Source: the human T2T-CHM13v2.0 reference genome, Homo sapiens
Assembly (NCBI RefSeq): GCF_009914755.1
Contig: NC_060933.1
DNA: 64,000 nt
Direction: 5' to 3' (one strand)
Position numbers and translations under genes: made by a program. This document shows positions 52,501-64,000 of this stretch, in pieces; position 1 is the stretch's first letter; the number at the start of each line of letters is the position of its first letter. The notes below the pieces were generated by a model, which was not told the DNA's origin, did not search any database, and worked only from the letters and a program-made list of their open reading frames with translations.

Positions 52501-54508
52501 ATTCAAGTTACAAACTGGTGTCAGTGAATTTCCCAACACTGTGATAGCAATAGTTGAATTCCAAAGTATATTTCTCTCTTTCCCCATAGAAATTCTTCCA
52601 CAAGTTCAAAACGTTTTCAAAAGTGAAAAAGCTTACACCAAGTTTGTCAAGTTTGCAAATACGTTTGAAAAGGTTATGGTAACATTGTCCAAGATACAAT
52701 ATTCTTCTGTGAGTTCACGCCACTTGAAATATCCACACATACTGTAAATACAAATTATATCTGTGACAGGTTTTGGCCCATGGAGTGTGAGCAGATGTAA
52801 TGCCAGCAAAGGCTTTAAATGGGCTTGCATGTTTGGGCTCACCTCTTGTGTTTAATGAGTATGGTTCAGCTACTGCATGCCCTGGGAGTTGTTGCCCCAT
52901 AGTTAGACCCTGGAGTGAGATGTGCGAACAGAACTAAGACAGACCCAAAGCATGGAGCAAAACCCAGCTATCTGGGGGTCTCAAGCAGAGTCACTACAGC
53001 TAACCCACAGATTTAAGAAAAACAAATTCTTACTGTTTATATGTCATTGCATTTTGGGGTGGTTTGTTCCACAGCATTATTGCAACAAGGACTAACTAAT
53101 ACATCTTCCAAATCATTATTACATAGGTTGTCAGCACCATGCCTATATGTGAAGCAACTGTGTACTTAGAAATTTTGAGAATTCTTAAACTTTTGAGAAT
53201 TCTTAAACTCTTGGCACCTCCTCAACATTTCATACGCTAAAGGATTCTCCAAATAAATTTGGTAATGTGCCATAAAAACATCTTCATAAATTCTTGTTAA
53301 ATATAATAATTATTTCTATTCAGTTTCTCCTTGTATAAAATGTTTTTTTAAAAAATAAATCTAAAAGGATAAAAAAACTGTATAGGAATATCTTTGTAGA
53401 TAGAAGTTATTCACAGGGGAAATTATAATTATAATTATAAATTAAAATTATAATTAAAATGGGCATTTACTGAGTGTATAGCCTTGGTGCACCCGGTGCC
53501 TCTAAATGCCAAGTGAACAAAGGCACTTAAAAAATTTGGATCTTTCTAAAAAAAAAATACTGGATCTTGCTCTCTCGACTTGAGAGGGAAAATAAGCTGT
53601 TCTAACGTGGCGAAGGAATGCTCTTAGCTGTTTGCAACTGTCTGTGAGTTTGGGCATTGTGTTGCTATGAAGCAGCACACTGTCCACACATAGCCCGAAC
53701 TACAGAAACTGCTACGTAAAAAAAATAGAGAAAGAGCCAGAGAATACCTTCTCACAGAGATTCATTCATTCATTCATGAAATACTTACTAATCAGGCTGA
53801 CTCTGTATATAATACCATACTGAGGACTGCACAGAACACAGAGATCAAACCTCTCAGAGAGTTGAGAGTCCAGAGAGGGAAATAAGACAGAGATGCCTCG
53901 TGGCAGTTTCAGATGTGTTCCACTCACTCATTTGCAAGTCCAGAAGACAGAAGGTAACCACATCTTGCTTGGATACACAGTAAAATTTTTTCAGAAAATG
54001 AGATATAAGGGTAGCAACCAGAAGAATGTATAGTATTATAGAAAGCTGGAAGGGAACAAAGATGTAGATATAATTAGACCCATGAGATACAAAAGCCTGG
54101 AAAGTTCAATAAAAGTCAGATTATGGAGGGTCTTGGATGTCAATCTTAAGAATCTGGGCTACATTCTGTTGGCAGTGCATGTCACGGAAGGTTTGGAACA
54201 AAGGAATGGCATAAGCAAAGAACCATGGGAGGTGTAATAAGGGATGTAGGGAGAGCCTGAATGTAGGAAGACATGCTATTCTCTGAAGCAATAATTTTAA
54301 TTCATGTGTAAAATAATAAATGGTAAAACTGAATAATGACAATGCAAATAGAAGGAAGGGAAGAAGAGTATGAGAGATGCTACAAAGGATAAACTGTGAA
54401 GTCTTGGTCATTGGTTGGATACATCCATTTATTCATTTAACAAATATTGTCAGGAATTGGGCTAGCTACTGGGGATGCAAGAATAAGTGGCAGGGTGTGG
54501 TGGCTCAG

Positions 54509-54868
<360 letters not shown>

Positions 54869-55639
54869 TTATTTCAAAATGAATGCGAAATAGAATGAAG
54901 GCTATCAACAAGAGTTACGTGGTATTATGAGAGCTTATGATAGGGGATGTGATGAGTCAGGGAGGGAGGAAATGCTTCCTCAACAAAGTGACACATGAGC
55001 TGAGATGAGAAGATGCGGAGGCACTAATTAGGTGCAGAATGAAGGGAAGGACATCTCATGCAGAGCGGACAGCATGGACAGTGGTTTATTCTAAGTGTGC
55101 AGGCCTGAAAGGAGACTACTATAGGCTGGACTGCTGAGAATGAAAGAGACTAGGACACAAGACAAAGCTGCAGAGATCATACTCCATCATGCCCTGAGGA
55201 TGCAGCACCCTGGAGACTAGTGCTACTCAAAGTGCCACTGGACAATGAGATAAGGAGCTTGTTCTAGAATGTAACGCAATACACTGCTCTTTTCATGAAA
55301 AAAATCTAAGCAGTATGTTTAGTGCATGTGTGATTTACATTCTGAATTGAGCTCCTCATCTTATAAGAACAGTAACAGTTCTAAAATCAATAGCTAGTCT
55401 GTGGACTCCACATTGAGTGGAGCACTATTTGAGACCATTGTGAAGTTTGTCTTTATCCCGAGAGCAAAGGGAAGTCATAGAAGGATTTGCAGAGGAGGTG
55501 GTGGCAGCTGCAGTGTGGAGCATGGATTGGAAGGCAGCTGAAGTCAGAAGAAAGAAGACAAGAAAGTTTACATTTGGAACTGTTTTCCCTGATGAAGTAA
55601 GAGGTGTCCTGTTCAGGGATGTAGAATGAAGTGTTATGG

Positions 55640-55990
55640 TGTATTAGTCTGTTCTCATGCTGCTAATAAAGACATACTTGAGACTAGATAATTTATAAAG
55701 GAAAGAGGTTTAATGGACTCACAGTTCCACATGGCTGGGGAGGCCTCACAATCATGGCAGACGGCAAAGGAGAAGCAAAGGCACGTCTTACATGCGGCAG
55801 GCAAGAGAGCTTGAGCAGGGGAACTCCGATTTATAAAACCATCAGGTCTCGTGAGACTTATTCACTTTCACAAGAACAGTATGGGGGGAACCACCCCCAT
55901 GATTCAATTATTTCCACCTGGCTCTGCCCTTGACATGTGGGGATTATTACAATTCTAGGTAAAGTGTGGGGACACAGCCAAACCATATCA
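55640..55990 (-). mobile_element. THE1-family MaLR solo LTR
   Basis: TGTATTAGTCTGTTCTCATGCTGCTAATAAAGAC...GGGACACAGCCAAACCATATCA. Confidence 0.92.
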
Positions 55991-58719
55991 AGCAGCAACA
56001 TGAAAAGAAAGAAGGAGAAGGAATTGGAACAACCACTGTGAGTAGCCACAAGGAAGGTAATGGGAAAAAGAAATGGGGACCACACATCCGTTAACATAAG
56101 ACAGCTTATGTTGTTGGCCAGGTTGACATTGCTCTATGCCTGGATCCATCAAACCTCACTGCTCTGGAAGCAACTACAGAGAGGATGAATGTTAGAGATA
56201 AGCAGATGATATGGCATTGTGGTTCTATGGAAAGGTAAGTGGGCTAGGAAGTCGGGGTATAACAGTCTGGATTGACTGGGAGTAGAGTACAGTGAACAAG
56301 TGCTTAAATGATACCATTTACCTGTATTCTACTCAAACACTCACTCACCAGATCCCCTGAAGGAGGAGAGCTCATCTCTTATACCACCCAGTAGAACGTC
56401 CCTCCCAAGTCATGCACCTGCAATGAAGCCAAGGCATTTTGTCTTGGGCCAGGTGTGAGCCTGGTTTGTCAGAGGATCCCAGAGGTGCCACAGAGAGACA
56501 GTTTTCATTCAGTGTTCAGGGAAGTGTGTGGGTGAACCCACCAGATGCTGAAAGGAGAACTGGAGCCATTCTTTTTTTGAAGCAACTATTAAGTCATAAT
56601 TTAACTGAAGCAGAGAAGAGATTATCAGGCAAGCCTTGAAAGAAATCTTGCCACACTAAAAATAAGTAAGCACAGGAAACATAAATTTTAAATGAATATG
56701 TTAAATGATTATTAATATGAGGAAGACTTCTCTGAGCTGCATTCATAGGCAGTGGCTACAGGGTGCTGGCAATAGCTTGCGGGGATAATAGGGAAGAATG
56801 TTCCTACAATTAGTCATTAGTTAGCACTTTCTCTGTGCTAACACTGTGCTAGGCATAGGGAATGTAAGCATGAATGAGACATGGTTCTTGCCTTCAAAGG
56901 GCTTTCAGACTCTGGAAGGAAAACCATCTAAAAAGATGTTTATCATTGGATGTTCTAAGTGTTATGCTACAGGGATGTCAGGGAGCACAGCAGTGAGGTG
57001 CTAAACAAGCAAGGGAGGAGAGATGAGGGTTAGAGAGAAACAGGCTTTCTAGGGAAGGTGCCCCAAACCAAGGCTGGGAAAAGAATGGAAGTTAGCCGAC
57101 TAAATAAAGGAGCAGCCTATGAAAAGACCCAGACAGCAACAATAGGACATCAGAAAGTTCAAGCAGTTCTGTGTATCTAGAGAAGACATGCCAGGAAGAA
57201 TGTAGCAAGGAGAGAGACAACAGAGATAGTCAAATTATGAAGGAGCTTGTATGTCAAGCTACGTGACATAGATCTGACACTGAGGGCAATGAGAAATCTT
57301 GGCTTTCTAGGGGGCAATTTAATGGATGAAGAGATCTATCTGTGTTAGAAGTAATCTGCCTAGAGTGGGGAAGTTAAGGCTGAGCAGAAGACAAGAACAC
57401 CCAGAGAAACTGTAAAATGTCAGAAGGGGTGAAAGCTGAGGGTAGAAACCTGACGAACAGCAATATTTAGAGTGGATATGCAAGAGAAGCCAAAGAATGA
57501 GACTGAGAAGAAGAAATTCGAGAGGTAAAGAAAAAGAAATCAGGTGGCTTCATGGGAAACAGGGAGGAGGGAGCTTTAAAAAGGTAATGGACACTACATT
57601 AATTGATGCTGGAGACTAGAAAGAAAATGGATAGAGCAACAAAGAAATCGTAAAGTTGGAAACAATTTAAATTACCATCAACAGAAAAACAGACACATTA
57701 CTGTATGTTTCTACATGGAACTCCCATATAACAACAGGGAAAATAAATGAATATCTCTATATGTCAACACGGATGGACCTAGTAAAGGTAACGATAAGTA
57801 AAGTAGGAAAAGAAAATATAGAATGTTATATACTGCTTACTTACATATGTAGCAGAAATATAAAGACATACATTGCAACGATGAATACCAAGTTCAGAAG
57901 AGCAGTTATCTCAGAGTCAGAGAGTAGTCGTGATTGGGAAGGTGGTTACACAAAGCTCTTCAACAGGAATGGTAATGTTTCATTTATTAAGCTGGTTTAT
58001 GAATATACAAGCGTTTACTATATTAAGATTTGAGCATGTCGCACATAAAAATAATTGGTGACCATATCTCCGGAATTTTAGAGACGCCTGCATATGTGTG
58101 TTGGAAGTAAGTTGGAGTATCCGGAATGCAGTGGGTGGAACAGGAATGCAATAAACACAATGTCTAAGGCTCTACCGGAGGACTATCATTGCTCTAGCAA
58201 TTGCATACCAATAGAAGGAGAGGTCAATTATCTGGATTCTTCCACTTAGCTTCCACTTAACTTCCCCGTTCCTCAGTTTCCCCTTTTGTAAAGTAGAATA
58301 TAATAGTATATTCCTTGAGATGTTAGGAGAATGAAATGATTTCATACTTAAACATTGCTTAAAATAATCCCGAGGACATTATTTCAAATAAGTACTAGTT
58401 ACAAGGGAGTTAGCCAACATCATCGTCAGTACAAAACAAACTGATTCACAGCAAACACAATAAAGTCCTGAATTCATGAAACACTCTTCAATTTGCCAGG
58501 AACCGTGTGAGATATGCAGAAACTACAGAAATTAAGGCTTATTTGTAGATATTAACACAGACATAAAAGATTTAATGACCGCAGTTCACGTTCAATCAGC
58601 CGTTCCCACATCCCTTGAGTGCAGTCTCTGTGCTGGCTGGACACTGCAAGCACAGACACATTCCTCAGATGTTTAGACTTTTTTTAAAAGTGCGTTGTTA
58701 CATCCACATTTCACTTTTT

Positions 58720-59027
<308 letters not shown>

Positions 59028-59039
59028 ACACATTTCACT

Positions 59040-59790
<751 letters not shown>

Positions 59791-60079
59791 AGTGGTGTCC
59801 ATTGTCGGGGTATGTGTGCAATAGAAGGGGTGTGCGGCCTGGACACTCACGAGCTAGGTGAGTGGCTTAAGGTCTCTAGGGCTTCAGTGTGCTCATCCGT
59901 AACATGGGCTTAATAACGAGACCCAGGTTATGTGCGCCTTCGCAAGGATTCCCTGCGCTGCTGATGCCTGCAGAGCTCTTAGCACAGTTTGGGACATCAT
60001 TAAACATTTGACAGATGTTACCTATTTTATTGAATGACTTTGATTTGCCTGATAGAGAACTAAGCAGGTAGGAAATTAA

Positions 60080-60424
<345 letters not shown>

Positions 60425-60930
60425 TAAGGTGTATATGAGAAGTTTGTAAAGTGCTTTACAAATACAAGCCATTTGTAAATGTATAGTGGTATAATTAGGG
60501 ATCCAGACTCTCTGATTATTCGGAAAATATGTTAGGTCAACTATGATATATGACAAAATGCTGTTATTCCTTTGAGCACTTAGCATTTTCTACATAATGG
60601 AGGCAGCTTCCTATAGACGCTAGCTAGGTAACAGGAAGGAACAGTTTGTGCAAAAGTTTTGGAAATAGGAGAGAGTATGCAAGCTGAGTTACAGGACTGG
60701 AATTTAGGTTTGAGAAAGAGCAGAGAGAGTTGAGGCTGGAAACCTTGTGGGGGCCAAACAGGGAGGGTCCTCGTTTGTCCTGTCATAGAGTTGGATGTTT
60801 ATCCTGAAGGTTTTGGGAAACCGCTGTAGGATGATGAGATGGAATTTCCGTAGGAGCTCAGTCTAGCCTCCATATGGAAGACAAATTAAAATTGGAAGGA
60901 TGGTGAATTGTAATCTAATGGCCCAAACTA

Positions 60931-61323
<393 letters not shown>

Positions 61324-61905
61324 TTAGAAGAGGGGGGCAGCAAGTATGGGTGACAGTTTACAGCAGCGTCTGTAAGTGAAACACAGCAGCGTCTTTCCAT
61401 GACACAGCCGAGTTAACTCGAATGAGATTGGGGGTGGGAGGAGGATCTCAGTTTGTCTTTAATGTTTTAAGAGGGGCCTGTGGGGCATCCAAATGTGTCT
61501 GCTAGGCAGATCTGGGCCCAAGATTTAGGCTTTGTGGGAGGACAGGTATTTGAAGGCATGGGAGGGACCTAGATTACCCACAAAGAAGATCCAGATAATT
61601 GTAGGTCTGAAAGGTGTTTTTTAAGTGGATATGGACGTGAACATGTTTATAAGCTGAGAGAAAGAGGGAGGGTGTGCGATCTGGGAGAGGAAATGATTAT
61701 TGATGTATTTAAAAACAACCTGACCACTTGTCGTGTGCCCGGCCCTTTTCTAGGCTCTGGGGTTAGCACCATCTCTTCTGCAAGGACAGTTCAACACATC
61801 TGCTTCTGAAAATAAGTCAGATTATTCTCTACATCTCATTCAGGTGCAGGTACTGTTCTGTACCTCTGAATGGACTTTAGTTAACCAAAATAATATCAGG
61901 AACCA

Positions 61906-62150
61906 GGCCAGGTGCGGTGGCTCACACTGGTAATCCTAACACTTTGGGAGGCCAGGAGTTTGTGACTGGCCTGGGCAACATAGTGAGACTCCTGTCTCTA
62001 CAAAAAGTAAAAAATATTAGCTGGGCTTGGTGGATCTCTTGAGCCCGGGAGGTTGAGGCTGCAGTGAGCCATGATTTTGCCACTGTACTCCAGCCTGGGT
62101 GACAGAGCAAGACCCTGTCCATGACCCTCCCCCTACAAAAAATAAAAAAA
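61906..62150 (+). mobile_element. AluJ-type with internal deletions, CEP78 intron 1
   Basis: GGCCAGGTGCGGTGGCTCAC...GGGAGGCCAGGAGTTT...GAGGCTGCAGTGAGCCATGAT; AGGAACCA on both flanks. Confidence 0.85.
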
Positions 62151-63133
62151 CCAGGAACCAAAATAAATTAAAGATGGGAGGGACCTCAGAGTCAAGGCTA
62201 GCCTACTAGATCTTGCCTAATATTTTGCACTGAATGTAAGAAAAATGTATTACAGACCATTCTCGTCAGATATTCTTCACTGAACCTTCTTTATCTCTTG
62301 CATCTAGTGGGTCTAGGTTGTAGATTTTAACCTCCTACATATTGCTTGTCCATCCTTAATTACATTTTGCCTGGACTATTGCAGACGCTCCTAGCTAGTT
62401 TTGCTGCCGTTGAGCTTGGTTTTTCTCAGTTCATCTGCCTACTTTGGTTCAAGTGATCTTTCAAAAAGGAAAAGACATGCTTAAAGTGGCATGCCCACGC
62501 AGGACCAGTGTGTATTGGTTGCTTGTGTTCTGCACAGAGGCACTGAAATCTCAGCTGTGTTCTGTTAAGCCTCCTGGGGTTAGTTGGTCTTGAGGAAGGG
62601 GAGCTTTTTCTCATTTCCTTTATCTCTTTGATACTCCAACAGTGAGGCACATTTTTCTAACCTGCTAGGGGTATCCTTAATGTGTCAGTGGTAGCCCTGA
62701 TCCTCATCACCTGTGAGGTAAAAGTGAACTCTCCTAGGCTTGCTTCTCCCTGCCTCTTTGTAAATTTCTGACTCTTCCGGCTACGGCTCTGGGCTTTAGT
62801 CGGATCCACCTGCAGTTTTCCAGTACCCGGCAGGTGTCAGGCTTAGATGCCTTTGCTCTCGCTGCTCCCTCTGGTTAATGCATCACCCACTCTCACCCCA
62901 TGTTGTCATTCTCATCTTTCTAGATTCAGCTTCAGGATTATCTTGAAGCCATCCTTTCAGTGCAACTTCTTTGCTTCCATAAGAACCTCTATGTACATAG
63001 TTTGGTATATCCCATGTGGCTTGAGTTTACATGTGTCTGTGCTTAAGAGGACTTTAAAGGACATGGCTCATTTCTATGTCTTAGCACAGAGCAGATGTTT
63101 TTGAATGATACATTGTATGATTGAAGTCACTAA

Positions 63134-63352
<219 letters not shown>

Positions 63353-63424
63353 TAGACATTTGATAGTTGCTTTTAGAGGAAAAAAAACCTCAATAACATT
63401 TTTAACTTTTCCCCCTCATTAAAG

Positions 63425-63497
63425 GGATTGAATAAATCGGCTTCTTTGGTGCACCTGTCTCTTGCAAATTGTCCAATTGGAGATGGAGGTTTAGAAA
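63425..63497 (+). CDS. CEP78: CEP78 coding exon 3 (73 nt), LRR region; gene continues beyond the window
   Basis: AAAG|GGATTG acceptor; [24 protein letters not shown] (LRR LxxLxLxxCxI); donor AAA|GTGAGT at cumulative c.499. Confidence 0.95.
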
Positions 63498-63811
63498 GTG
63501 AGTTTAAATCTCATTTAACTCTTGTCCTATCAGGCTGGTTTCATGTTTCCCTACATGCCATGTTAATTCCTGTCTGTACCTTTTTTCTTACTACTGCCTC
63601 ATATGCTTGTTCAAACCTTGGTCCAGTCTCAAGTCTACCATGAAAGCTTGGCATGCTGAATGTAATCTGAACTAACTTTACTTAAGTTTGTGTTAAACCA
63701 CAGACCACACAAATATATACCATCTGGTATTCTCTGTTTTTTGTGTTTGTTCATCTTTTAGAGTTTTTCTTCAAGAAATATTTATGGGAAGGAAATAGCA
63801 AAATGTAAAGA

Positions 63812-64000
63812 GGCCGGGCGTGGTGGCTCACGCCTGTGATCCCAGCAATTTGGGAGGCCGACGTGGGCGGATCATGAGGTCAGGAGATTGAGACTGTCCT
63901 GGCTAACATGGTGAAACCCCATCTCTACTAAAAAAATACAAAAAAACTCACCAGGCATGGTGGCGGGTGCCTATAGTCCCAGCCACTCAGGAGGCTGAGG
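63812..64000 (+). mobile_element. AluY/Sc-type, sense, CEP78 intron 3 (cut by the window end)
   Basis: GGCCGGGCGTGGTGGCTCACGCC...GGATCATGAGGTCAGGAGATTGAGAC...CCTGGCTAACATGG. Confidence 0.93.

Noticed and set aside
53173-53208. 18-bp tandem duplication TTTTGAGAATTCTTAAAC x2 (similar micro-duplications at ~12818-12838 and ~37593-37608)
   Set aside because: Routine slippage duplications with no associated structure.

Overview
This is primate (almost certainly human) genomic DNA, not prokaryotic. It covers ~59 kb of repeat-dense intergenic sequence upstream of CEP78, then the CEP78 CpG-island promoter and coding exons 1-3 (+ strand; exon lengths 253/173/73 nt, phases consistent). Upstream are three processed pseudogenes (ASS1 +, RPL21 -, CKS2 +). 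A two-LTR HERV-H/LTR7 provirus (3825-9952) sits inside the RPL21 retrocopy just after its ATG. There is also a full-length decayed L1PA7/8-like element carrying an AluY, a short young L1 3' end, four THE1-type solo LTRs, MLT1 LTRs, Tigger3, MER20/MER30/MER53/MER58 and ~25 Alus. Apart from CEP78, the ORFs listed are pseudogene or repeat remnants, or chance. I found no convincing new biological system. The best leads are: (i) a CEP78-oriented HERV-H with an intact splice donor and a mutated 3'-LTR poly(A) signal; (ii) an RPL21 retrocopy with its A-tract at the 'wrong' end; (iii) several local templated-insertion scars; (iv) a frame-closed CEP78 exon 2-3 cassette bracketed by inverted Alus. Gene and repeat identities come from my recall of reference and consensus sequences, not from a search. 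Subfamily calls and edges of old repeats are approximate.
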